A stretch of DNA of 62,642 bases, filler included, from Stramenopiles sp. TOSAG23-2 (lineage: Eukaryota), in the NCBI GenBank assembly GCA_900128395.1. It is 11 parts of 11 records of this genome, joined end to end, with 100 filler letters (N's around TTAATTAATTAA, not from the genome) between each part and the next. Parts side by side here need not be neighbours in the genome. Positions count along the whole stretch, not along the records: positions 40,416 to 48,376 come from LT650255.1; positions 48,477 to 56,432 come from LT650256.1; 9 more parts are not named here. One strand, written 5' to 3'. Position 1 is the first letter of the stretch; every line of letters begins with the position of its first letter. The notes under the pieces are model-generated. The model saw only the letters and a list, made by a program, of their open reading frames with translations, made no database searches and had not been told where the DNA came from. Of this stretch, positions 47,201-56,432 are shown piece by piece. Position numbers and translations under genes: made by a program.

Positions 47201-48078
47201 ACCCCAGAAGTAGGGCCTGTGTTCCTTGATTTACCATAGCTCTCAGCATTATTATATATCGACTCTTGATATTGACGAGAAGCCAATTCATCTAGAACAT
47301 AACTATCTTGATTTAGCATCTGTAAATGAGAAGGAGGTTGCAACTTCTGTTTTTGCGCATGGCCATAACTACCACTAGCACCGCCAGTGCCTCTTGCTCC
47401 AACGTATCGTCCGGCAGCATCAAATTTTCCTTCTGCAAAGCCATACCAACTTTGTGCAGTTTTAGTTTTTTTTCCCATCACAGGCACACTATACCAATCT
47501 TTGATCACATACTTCCTTTGATGAAATATCAATATGTAGTATAATGATATCATCGCAGCAATAAGTGCCAAACAGCCAGACAATTGTTTTCCGTTTCTTA
47601 AGAATGATTCAAGCGTGTCTGTTTCAACATAATCAGTGGTGGGGGTATGTAAATACTCTTTGGCTGTTGATGTATTACCATAATGTGGTTGATCATTTAG
47701 ATTTTTATCAATTTTAACATGATCTATCTGGGGCGGTGGCACAAAATTACTCTCAAGCTTGCCTTTGATTTGCTTTCTGGTGGTAGCCGCAGACAAGTTT
47801 TTGAACGTGGACTTTAGCTCTTTTTCGTTGACGTTGTATTTAACATCACTTATTAATGTATTAAAATATACATTAACACGGCGTTCTTTACCTGGTTTGT
47901 TGCAAGTTTTGTGGACAACTTCTTCGCCGGTCGCATTAGTAAAACCTGCATGAAAAGCAGTAACGGTTGCAATAATATATATTATTGCTAGTATCTGCAG
48001 TGTTAGAGACACTGCTCTGCAATTTCCATTTCTACGAAACGAAATATTTTGCATAATGTCTTTCTTATTAGTATGCAC
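41269..48078 (-). CDS. 2269-aa multidomain protein: signal/TM, ubiquitin-like domain, multi-TM block, dynamin-like GTPase, DUF4116-like C-terminal repeats
   Basis: Ubl IFVETLNCKTITIKV..VKKVIEEEVGI..EQ.ITYAGK.LENGQSLEDYNIQIGSTLILSVGLKGG (about 47203-46975). G1 GVVSSGKTTLI with G2 FPTGSKATTAS (about 43881-43790), G3 DFVG (about 43490), G4 LNKID (about 43265). C-terminal GDLLDLCHDDLKKDMDIAKAAVANKGSAIDYCHDDLK. Confidence 0.82.
45994..46060. repeat. 12-bp coding minisatellite, about 5.5 copies (GAET)n
   Basis: TGCGCCAGTTTC units, in frame within the 2269-aa gene. Confidence 0.95.
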
Positions 48079-48477
48079 TCCTAGCGGGCTAGTTATAAAT
48101 ATATTAGAGCAGCAAAAGCAAGGAACAAGAAAGAGAGAGATTGTGAATCTTCTTTTTTTTTTTTTTCTTTTTCGATTTAGTACTTGACTTTAATTTTTTC
48201 TTTTTTCTTTTTTTCTTTTTGTAAAAGATCATTTTGGAATATATATATATATATATTTCATATCTATATTGCAGATCCTTCATTATATATATATATCTAC
48301 CCTGAGTTTCTCTTGTACGAAAATATACTACATTTTTCGGATATTTATTTTTAGTGGAACTCAGAATATTGCCAAANNNNNNNNNNNNNNNNNNNNNNNN
48401 NNNNNNNNNNNNNNNNNNNNTTAATTAATTAANNNNNNNNNNNNNNNNNNNNNNNNNNNNNNNNNNNNNNNNNNNNT

Positions 48478-48606
48478 TTTGGACGGTGGAATAGACACTA
48501 TAATTACACTGGTGATGTAAATTACACTGATGATGAAATTGACAGATTACAGTACTGCACTAGATATGGAACTGATAGTGATGAAAGTGATGAAGATGAT
48601 ATGTAA
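48478..48606 (+). CDS. C-terminal fragment of a viral ORF with an acidic tail, 5' partial
   Basis: FGRWNRHYNYTGDVNYTDDEIDRLQYCTRYGTDSDESDEDDM*, open from the contig start. Confidence 0.6.
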   Translation, partial: FGRWNRHYNYTGDVNYTDDEIDRLQYCTRYGTDSDESDEDDM

Positions 48607-48637
48607 ATTTTATAAGATTAATATTTTATGAAATTTA
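48604..48637 (+). terminator. 3'-end hairpin (15-bp stem including two G-U pairs, 4-nt loop) starting at the stop codon
   Basis: TAAATTTTATAAGAT-taat-ATTTTATGAAATTTA. Confidence 0.5.
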
Positions 48638-48689
48638 TTTTAGGCAAATCTAATTTAGAAAAAAAATGTTGTGGTATATATATACTGAA

Positions 48690-51600
48690 ATGGTAAAAAA
48701 ACCTAAAGTAAGTAAAAGTATGTCTCTTCCAGATATTTTCTTAAAATATTTAGCGAAGAAGTTAGTTGCGTTCGAACGAATTGATAGAAATGGAATAGCG
48801 TGGTTTAAAAAACGACACGAGAAAGGGTGTACGGGTGGAACATCATGCACAGGATGTTATAAACCGTTCACTATGCTTCACGAAATTTTAAAAAGAAAAA
48901 AATACAAAGATTATCTCCTAGTAAAAAATGAAACGTGGAAATTTGGAATAGTTAAGCGAAGTGATTTAAAAAAAATATTAAAAACGAAAAAAAATTATTA
49001 TATGCTAGAAGTTATACATGCGGAATATCCTAGAAGGCTGTATATCGATATTGATGGGAAAAAAGACTGCTTAGATAATGCAGTTAAAGTTATGAAGGAA
49101 CTATTGGGAGAAGATGTAAGAATGGCGATTAGTGGAAGTAAAGGAATAAAAAATAAATCTAAATTTTATTCCTATCATATCGTTTTTCCTGATATAGTTT
49201 TTAAAGATTTACAGCAAATGCTAGATTCTGGAATGGTAAATTACATTAAGCATATAACAAAAGGAAAAGAGCATGTAGAACAAGATGATTATAATGGAAT
49301 TGATGATGGAATATATAAGAAAAATCAAGCCTTTAAACTTATATTTCAGAAAAAGAAAAAAGGCGAAGGAGACGACCGTATACAGAAAATAATCAAAGAT
49401 AACAAAATAGAGAATCATATTGTTCAACTTTTACCTTCAGCATCATATCCAGAATTAGATAAAGCATTATTAGAAAAATTAAAACCTTATCAACCTGACT
49501 TCCAAATGGATAGGGAAACGAAAAAAATTGTTCGAGTAAAAGGAGAAAAAAAGAAATATGCACCAAAAGGAAAAAAAATAGAAAAATTAAAAAATGAAGT
49601 TGCTCCTAAGATAAATATAAAAAAATGCTCCCCAGAAGAATTACTGTTCACTATACCAAACACGAAACCAGAACACCATTTAGGACGAGAAAATCACTGG
49701 AAAATAGGTTTATGGTTTTACCATCAGACTAGTGGATTAGGATATGAGAAATATAGAGAATGGGAAAGACGACATTATAAGAATGATGATAAAAACCCGT
49801 ACACCACAGTAGCGAGTTGGAATAATTATAAAAATACAAAATGTTTAGTAAAAAGATATCATATAGAAAACATAATACAGAAATTTTATGGATTTATAAA
49901 TAAACCAGCAGTAGTTGATTTTTTGGAAACGGTGTTTAAAGGAGATGAACATGACAGGTTAATAAATCAAAAATTTATCAGTCCTTCACATTTCGATTAT
50001 AGTAAAAAAGTTCAATTAGTAAAAGCAGGAATGGGGAGTGGAAAAACTTATGGGGTGATAGAAGAACTAATTAAATTCTGTTCTGAAAATCCAGATTTGA
50101 AAATATTATGGATTACCAATCGTGTCAGTATGGCTAATAATATAATGGGAAGATTAAATGGTGATAATTGTAAAATGAGAAATCGAATAAACAACTTGTA
50201 TATTAAAGAGCAACATAATAAACTGATACGACAAAGAATAAGAAATGGTAATTCTATATCAAAATATTTTAAAAAAAGGGATAAAGCAGAAATGAGTGAT
50301 ATTGAAAAAAAATATTATGAAGAATTAAAAAATAAGAACCAACAAAATCGAGATTTAAATTTTACTCATTACAAAGAAGTAGTACGAGAAAATGCTAAAA
50401 TTCAAAAAGAATTAAATGGCGATGGAAATTATGGCACATCAAATAAATATCTCATGCAGCAGGAGAAACGGTTAGTATGCGAAGTGGAATCATTACATTA
50501 TACCGATGAGGTAAAATATGATATCGTAGTTATAGATGAATTAGAATCTGTTTACCATAGTTTTTTATCAGATACTTGTCATAAGGGAAGCGGTAAAAAC
50601 AATTATATATCAAACTATATGGCTTTTAGAAATCATATATTAAAAGCGGATAAAGTTTTTATCATGGATGCGTACCTTCATAAAAGAACACTGAAATATT
50701 TAAGTCTTTTAGATAATGATATGAAACAAAATCTTATTATGAGAGCAGATAAATATGATTTAGAAAACAAAGAAGTAAGAAAATTAGAGGCGAATAACTG
50801 GATTCGCAATATTGTAAATGATTTAAAAAACGGTTTAAAACTGTATATATTTTATCCATATAAAACTGGAAAAGGAAGTTTATGGAATTTATCAATAGAG
50901 AATTTTAAGAATAAGATAATGGCGATGAGCGACTTATCGAATAATGATTTTAGAGTTTATCATGGCGAAACAGACAGTGAAGTTCGTCGAAAATTAGAAA
51001 ATGTGAATGAAGAGTGGAAACAGGCAAAATGTATAATCACAAATAGCAGTATAACTGTGGGAGTAAATTATGATAACAAAAATGATTTTGATAAATGTTA
51101 TTTATCTTATGCTGATTTTATATTACCTAGAGATATTATACAGACTAGTTTAAGAGTACGAAATTTCAAATATAGAAATAAGAAAAATGAAGATGTTATT
51201 TTCTTATGTAAATTTCCTAGTTATAGAGTAAAGAATGGTGAATATTTAAATCCTGTTAGACTTATGAATATTGATATAGTAGATGATGAATTAACGCCAG
51301 TAGAGTTAAAGGAATTTAATTATATGAAGAAATTTTTAACTGATGAATATGACGCAAAATGCTTTCAGAGCGTAGTGGAATTTATGATAATGTCTGGGTA
51401 CAGAATCACAACTGAAAGTGGAGATAAGGAGTTGATAAAAAAATTTAAGGAAGATTTTAAAAATGCCACTTTTGGAGCGGAAGATTTATGGGCGTATGAT
51501 AACATAAAAGCAATTAAGGAAGAGGAGAAAGATATAAAAGAGGAAAGGATAAAACTAGATTATAAAGCATCTACAGATGATAAACTTGAAGTGAGAAAAT

Positions 51601-52400
51601 GGTATGTTGATAATATGTGTTATGTAAAAGCAGATACTCAAATATCAGATTCTTCGTTGAGATTTATTAATAATTATTATTTAGACTTAAATAAAAAAAA
51701 AGTTGAAAAAGATATTAAAAAATTAAAAAAGAACTGTAAACAGAAAGCAAATAAAGCAAAATGTAAATCAGATAAACATAGAGAAATATATTATGATAAA
51801 TTGTTTGCTGCCGCCATAGACAATTACAACAAAAAGAAAAAAGAACCGTTTGCAGCAGGAGAATTAAATAGACGATTATGGGAGAAACCTAGATTTTTCG
51901 AAGGTTTAAAAACCTACTTTTATGGAAATCGGGAATCGCACAAATTATTACATTTAGCACTTACTTACTGGAATGGAATAGGTGAAAATGATTATTATGT
52001 AGAAGAAGAAAATATAAATGTAAATAAACGCTTTTTTTATAACAGTAAAAAGTTAACAGAAGAGGATAGGATATTTATATGTGAACAACTTCATATTGAT
52101 TATGAATTAAAAGAAAAAGAAATATTTTTAAAACAGAAAGATTATTTACTAAAAAGATATATATTAAAAGAAGCGTTTGGTTGTCATGTTATAGAACAGA
52201 ATAATAAAGGCAAAGTCATATTATCAGACCCAGAATTACTAGGAATGTGTTTAGTAGAATTAAAATTATGTTGTGAAAATAATAAATTAAATTTTACAGA
52301 TGAAGAAATTAGACAGATGGACGAACAGAAAAAAATGGATAAACTATTTACAAGCGGCAAATGTCTTATTTTAGATAGAGAAGATTGTGAAAATTATTAA
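48690..52400 (+). CDS. AEP (PrimPol-like) primase-polymerase fused to a PriCT-like domain and a UL9/origin-binding-protein-like superfamily 2 helicase
   Basis: AEP motif I PRRLYIDID, II SYHIVF, III IDDGIYKKNQAFKL. PriCT-2-like HWKIG..F....G...YREW. SF2 motifs KAGMGSGKT, WITNRVSMA, CEVESL, VVIDELES, MDAYL, TNSSITVGVNYD, QTSLRVR. Likely start ATG 48690. Confidence 0.88.
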   Translation: MVKKPKVSKSMSLPDIFLKYLAKKLVAFERIDRNGIAWFKKRHEKGCTGGTSCTGCYKPFTMLHEILKRKKYKDYLLVKNETWKFGIVKRSDLKKILKTKKNYYMLEVIHAEYPRRLYIDIDGKKDCLDNAVKVMKELLGEDVRMAISGSKGIKNKSKFYSYHIVFPDIVFKDLQQMLDSGMVNYIKHITKGKEHVEQDDYNGIDDGIYKKNQAFKLIFQKKKKGEGDDRIQKIIKDNKIENHIVQLLPSASYPELDKALLEKLKPYQPDFQMDRETKKIVRVKGEKKKYAPKGKKIEKLKNEVAPKINIKKCSPEELLFTIPNTKPEHHLGRENHWKIGLWFYHQTSGLGYEKYREWERRHYKNDDKNPYTTVASWNNYKNTKCLVKRYHIENIIQKFYGFINKPAVVDFLETVFKGDEHDRLINQKFISPSHFDYSKKVQLVKAGMGSGKTYGVIEELIKFCSENPDLKILWITNRVSMANNIMGRLNGDNCKMRNRINNLYIKEQHNKLIRQRIRNGNSISKYFKKRDKAEMSDIEKKYYEELKNKNQQNRDLNFTHYKEVVRENAKIQKELNGDGNYGTSNKYLMQQEKRLVCEVESLHYTDEVKYDIVVIDELESVYHSFLSDTCHKGSGKNNYISNYMAFRNHILKADKVFIMDAYLHKRTLKYLSLLDNDMKQNLIMRADKYDLENKEVRKLEANNWIRNIVNDLKNGLKLYIFYPYKTGKGSLWNLSIENFKNKIMAMSDLSNNDFRVYHGETDSEVRRKLENVNEEWKQAKCIITNSSITVGVNYDNKNDFDKCYLSYADFILPRDIIQTSLRVRNFKYRNKKNEDVIFLCKFPSYRVKNGEYLNPVRLMNIDIVDDELTPVELKEFNYMKKFLTDEYDAKCFQSVVEFMIMSGYRITTESGDKELIKKFKEDFKNATFGAEDLWAYDNIKAIKEEEKDIKEERIKLDYKASTDDKLEVRKWYVDNMCYVKADTQISDSSLRFINNYYLDLNKKKVEKDIKKLKKNCKQKANKAKCKSDKHREIYYDKLFAAAIDNYNKKKKEPFAAGELNRRLWEKPRFFEGLKTYFYGNRESHKLLHLALTYWNGIGENDYYVEEENINVNKRFFYNSKKLTEEDRIFICEQLHIDYELKEKEIFLKQKDYLLKRYILKEAFGCHVIEQNNKGKVILSDPELLGMCLVELKLCCENNKLNFTDEEIRQMDEQKKMDKLFTSGKCLILDREDCENY

Positions 52401-52431
52401 AAATATTTAACTAAATAAATTAAATATTTTT
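52399..52431. terminator. Hairpin (12-bp perfect stem, 9-nt loop) between convergent primase-helicase and ATPase stop codons
   Basis: AAAAATATTTAA-ctaaataaa-TTAAATATTTTT fills almost all of the 34-bp intergenic gap. Confidence 0.55.
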
Positions 52432-52434
52432 TTA

Positions 52435-53121
52435 TTAGTCTAGTTCAATTTCATTAAAATTCTTTCGATAAATTAATGCCTTATGTTTTTCATCTGGAAC
52501 AATATGGAAAAAGTCATATTTCTTCTCTGTTGCTTTTTTAAATTTTCTTATCCATTCATCTTTTTCCAAACCCATTCCCAGTTCAGCATATAATAAATTC
52601 ACTTCTCTTTTTGATGGTACAGCAAACAGACTAATTACGGAGGTATTGATTCTGCATACTCTAGGACAATTAGACCATTTCTGGACGAGGCTCATTACGC
52701 TGCAATTTTTGTGTCTCGAACGAATCCAATATTCCACAATAGAATTTTGCTTTTCCATCATCATGTCATCAAACAACACGAGATTCTGACAATTCTCATT
52801 TAATTCATCTACAGGAACAACATCATTAATATCATTACTCATAAACAATATATCCTCACCTGTCTTTTCTTTTATTTTATCGAAAAAACTCTGAATCATT
52901 TGGAATTTAGGCTGACTGAGATGTTTAGAATAAATATATAATTTATCAAATGAAGCCATTTTAATAATGTAATAAACAGCCATATTAGTTTTTCCACTTC
53001 CAGAACTTCCTGAGATAATCCATCTAAATGGATGCTGCGGAAGCAGTTTGCTCTTGTTGCGGTATTTCTTACCAGCAGAAATGCGTTTTAAATTATCGCA
53101 GTTTTTAATATCCAATTTCAT
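52435..53121 (-). CDS. A32-like (FtsK/HerA superfamily) DNA packaging ATPase, Polinton/PLV type
   Basis: LLPQHPFRWIISGSSGSGKTN (Walker A), LVLFDDMM (Walker B), RSRHKNCSVMSLVQ (A32 RH..S....Q motif), PRVCRIN. About 230 aa. Likely start ATG 53121. Confidence 0.92.
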   Translation of the reverse strand: MKLDIKNCDNLKRISAGKKYRNKSKLLPQHPFRWIISGSSGSGKTNMAVYYIIKMASFDKLYIYSKHLSQPKFQMIQSFFDKIKEKTGEDILFMSNDINDVVPVDELNENCQNLVLFDDMMMEKQNSIVEYWIRSRHKNCSVMSLVQKWSNCPRVCRINTSVISLFAVPSKREVNLLYAELGMGLEKDEWIRKFKKATEKKYDFFHIVPDEKHKALIYRKNFNEIELD

Positions 53122-53223
53122 TTTATATATATCACTTAGAAAAAAAAAATCAAAATGTAAAAATGATTTAATCAAAAAATAAAAATGATAACTTCAAAAA
53201 ATATAATCTTTAGTAATAGTATA

Positions 53224-54333
53224 ATGAGTGTAGATTATCGAAAGATAGAATCGATAGATGACTTTAATAACTTAATTGACTCTTTTGTAGAGACAAGGAA
53301 AGCCCTAAAGCAGAAGGTGAAAGAAGACAGGGGAGAAACAGTCGCAACTTTACGAGTTGGAGAAAAACCTTTAACTAAATTAGAACAACAACAAGCACCA
53401 ACAGTGAAAGCAATTGAACGACTCCGTACTGATTTATCATCTTTAAAACAGAACCATAGCCACTGGGATTTATTTGAGAAATATGCTAATGCTCCAGATA
53501 AAAAAACATCAGAAGTCACCGCACGAAGAGAGCGAGGAAAGCCAATTTACAAAATTGGAGTGAACGGTACTGTAAATGTAGAAGATGTTCAGGATGATGT
53601 ATTTAGAGTGGTGAATCCTAAAACAGGTGAATCAATTGTAAAACAACTAACTCCTTCGTTAAGTCAACTGCTTTTTGTTCCATCTGGAAGTATTGAGTTT
53701 GATAAAATATCGAAAGATGCCCTTGTTAATTATTATGAAATAATGCAGTTTAGTGGAATTAATCCAAAATCAAATCGAAACAAAAAAATTAAATTAAGTA
53801 AAAAAGCATTTGATAAAGTATATGGAAAAGTGGAAACTAAGGAAGAAGCATTTACAACTCCCGTGAAACAACGACCTAGAAGAAGCAGTTTAACAGATTC
53901 TCAAATGAAAGATATTGAGTTTGCCATGCAGGATGCAGATGATGATGATACAGATGATGATACAGATGATGAGTCAGAAGAGGAACAAACTAAACTAGCA
54001 TCCTTAAGTGCAGTAAAAAATAGAAGAAGAAGAGGAAAAGGAATGCTTAAAAATAAAAAAATGACGAAACAACAGGTACTTCGAATTAATAGAGAAACGG
54101 CTAGAAGAATGCTGCAACAGGCAAAACCTAAAAAGAAAAGAAGTGGAACTGGTTTAATGACTATAGACGAAATGGTTAATAGACTCCACCTAATGACACA
54201 GAGCCAACATGCAGGTAATCTGTCATCCAACATGCAGGATGAAATGATGCAAATAATGGACACTTTATTAAAGAAAAAAGTTATCACTAAGAAACAGCAC
54301 AGAGTGTTATTTAAAAAATATATTGATTATTAA
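53224..54333 (+). CDS. Polinton/adintovirus-type uncharacterised protein with basic GxG sites and C-terminal RLxL..S..AGN motif
   Basis: RRRRGKGM, KRSGTGL, and MVNRLHLMTQSQHAGNLS..DEMMQIMDTLLKKKVI. I recall this C-terminal pattern from Maverick/Polinton hypothetical proteins (not searched). Likely start ATG 53224. Confidence 0.65.
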   Translation: MSVDYRKIESIDDFNNLIDSFVETRKALKQKVKEDRGETVATLRVGEKPLTKLEQQQAPTVKAIERLRTDLSSLKQNHSHWDLFEKYANAPDKKTSEVTARRERGKPIYKIGVNGTVNVEDVQDDVFRVVNPKTGESIVKQLTPSLSQLLFVPSGSIEFDKISKDALVNYYEIMQFSGINPKSNRNKKIKLSKKAFDKVYGKVETKEEAFTTPVKQRPRRSSLTDSQMKDIEFAMQDADDDDTDDDTDDESEEEQTKLASLSAVKNRRRRGKGMLKNKKMTKQQVLRINRETARRMLQQAKPKKKRSGTGLMTIDEMVNRLHLMTQSQHAGNLSSNMQDEMMQIMDTLLKKKVITKKQHRVLFKKYIDY

Positions 54334-54363
54334 TTTATTTAATATTTTATTGTATTATATTAA

Positions 54364-56432
54364 ATGAGTAATAAATTTCTAACATTAGACGAAGATGATA
54401 TTTTTGCACAACCAGAAATTACTAGGTCAAAATTAGGACTTGTTTTCGGACAGACGGTACAGTCTCATAGTTCCAAATTAGACAATATTAGTAATTTAAA
54501 TTTTGCTGATAATAAAATTCTTAAGGCTACTGGTACTAATACTTTTGAACTGATTAATATTAGTTCACATGGCACTAACGCCTTAAATTCAGATAGTGCT
54601 TTGTTAACTAGTGCTGCTTTAAGTAATTATGTGACTACTAGTGCTTTAACAACTACTCTGTCAGATTATTCTACTACCTCCAGTATAAACTCTACTTTAG
54701 CAGACTATGCTTTAACTAGTTCTGTCCCAACTAATAATAACCAATTGACCAATGGGGCTAATTTTATTACCAACACTACAGATGCTTTTTCCTACTTGAA
54801 TCTATCTGATAAACCCACTATTCCCACTAATAATAATGAACTAACTAATGGTTCTAACTTTATTACCAATACTACAGATGCCTTTTCCTATAATAACCTT
54901 AGTGGAAAACCCACTATTCCCACTAATAATAATGAACTAACTAATGGTTCTAACTTTATTACTAACACTACAGATGCTTTTTCCTATTCGAATCTATCTG
55001 ATAAACCCACCAATATCACAACTACAGATTCCGACCAAAATATTACTGGTAAAAAAACAATTCAAGATGAAATTGTGATAGACCAAAATAATTCTGGGGA
55101 ATTACAATTACATTTAAATAATGGTTTAGGACAAAATAAAATTACAAAATTAGTGGCTGTTCCACATGCATCAACTTCTTCTCCAATCACTTTATCCCTT
55201 CCATCTGTAAAAGCGGGTGCTAGTAGTGACCAGTTGGTCAGTTTAAATGCTGTCCAGACTATAACTGGAAAAACTATGGATTATAATTCCAATACATTTC
55301 AAAATTTTCCCACTCCAGAAATTACTGAATCCAGTACATCTACTTTAACAAATAAAACTATGGATTATAATTCCAATACATTTCAAAATTTTCCCACTCC
55401 AGATATTACTGCCTCCAGCACCTCCACTTTAACAAATAAAACTATGGATTATAATTCCAATACATTTCAGAATTTTCCATCAGGCGATGTGACAGCCTCG
55501 TCTACTGACACTTTTACAAATAAAACTATTAGTGGAAGCGATAACACTTTTTCCAATATTCCTTACAGCGTGTTAACAGGAACTCCTACAATCACTAATT
55601 ATGCTACAGCAAATAATACTTTTACTGGTTCACATAAAATCAATAATTATGATTTAAATAATAATGCGGAAATAGAATTTATGAGTTATTCTGCTGGTGT
55701 AAATAGTGCAGATAAATTAGTGTTGAGAAATAAAGCAGTTGGAGGTGGGGGATATTTTGCTATTCACCAAAACGATAGTGTAAATCCTGCTATTATGATT
55801 ATGGACGACACAAGTGTTTTTCTTCAAGGATTAAAAGTGGTTGGAGGAAAAGTAGGTGTAGGTGGTGTATTAGGAAATCCTGCTTATGTATTAGATTTAG
55901 AGGGGAAAATGGGTATTGAATATAATTTAGGTAATACTGCTCTATGTGCTTTTAAAAGTCTTACGACAACTTCGTATTCACAATATACAAGAGGTTTTGA
56001 ATTTCTAAATGCTAATGGAAATAGTATGATGTGTATTTTACATTATGGAACATCTTATACTGACCCTCGTGTAGGAATTGGTAGAACAAATCCATCTCAC
56101 CCATTAGATATATTTTGCCCCAGTAGTAGCGGGTGGCGTGTAGAGCGAACAGGTAAAAGTATAGACAGTAATTTAGGTATAGCAACTGGTAATTACACAT
56201 ATTTTAAACTGGGAGGAGGTAGTGTATTCCGTTCTGGTTCTGGGAGAAATAGCACCCTTGAAGGAACTTTATCTGTTAATGGTTCATCTGTTAGTAGTGA
56301 TAGACGAATAAAAAAAAATATAGTTGATGCAGATGCTAAAATAGCATTAGAAACACTAAAAAAAATTCCTTGTCGTGAATATGAATACAGAGATACAATA
56401 CATAAGTCAGGTAAAACCATAGGATTTATAGC
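54364..56432 (+). CDS. Virion fibre/spike-like protein with C-terminal peptidase S74 intramolecular chaperone, 3' partial
   Basis: S/T/N-rich. YxNLSxKPTIP and TLTNKT repeats, VGIGRTNPSHPLDI fibre repeats, and SSDRRIKKNI..ALE.LKKI...EY......GFIA (S74 signature). Confidence 0.85.
54727..55011 (+). repeat. Three 96-bp (32-aa) coding repeats in the fibre gene
   Basis: PTNNNxLTNGxNFITNTTDAFSYxNLSxKPTI starting at 54727, 54823 and 54919. Confidence 0.92.
55270..55530 (+). repeat. Three 84-bp (28-aa) coding repeats in the fibre gene
   Basis: KTMDYNSNTFQNFPxxxITxSSTxTxTN starting at 55270, 55354 and 55438. Confidence 0.92.

Larger units (their letters stand above)
48477..56432. mobile_element. Polinton-like virus / virophage-like (Preplasmiviricota-type) genome fragment occupying the whole contig
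   Basis: Intronless, tightly packed genes (spacers about 30-100 bp): A32 ATPase, primase-helicase, GxG/AGN-motif protein and S74-containing fibre. No host-type genes. Capsid, integrase and termini are not on the contig. Confidence 0.8.

Noticed and set aside
54727-55530. CRISPR-like array
   Set aside because: Units are 96 and 84 bp, in frame, with no unique spacers; they are protein repeats of the fibre gene.
41269-56432. Functional linkage between the dynamin-like gene and the adjacent viral element (defence island or integration site)
   Set aside because: They are separated by an artificial spacer (48377-48476), so adjacency carries no biological information.
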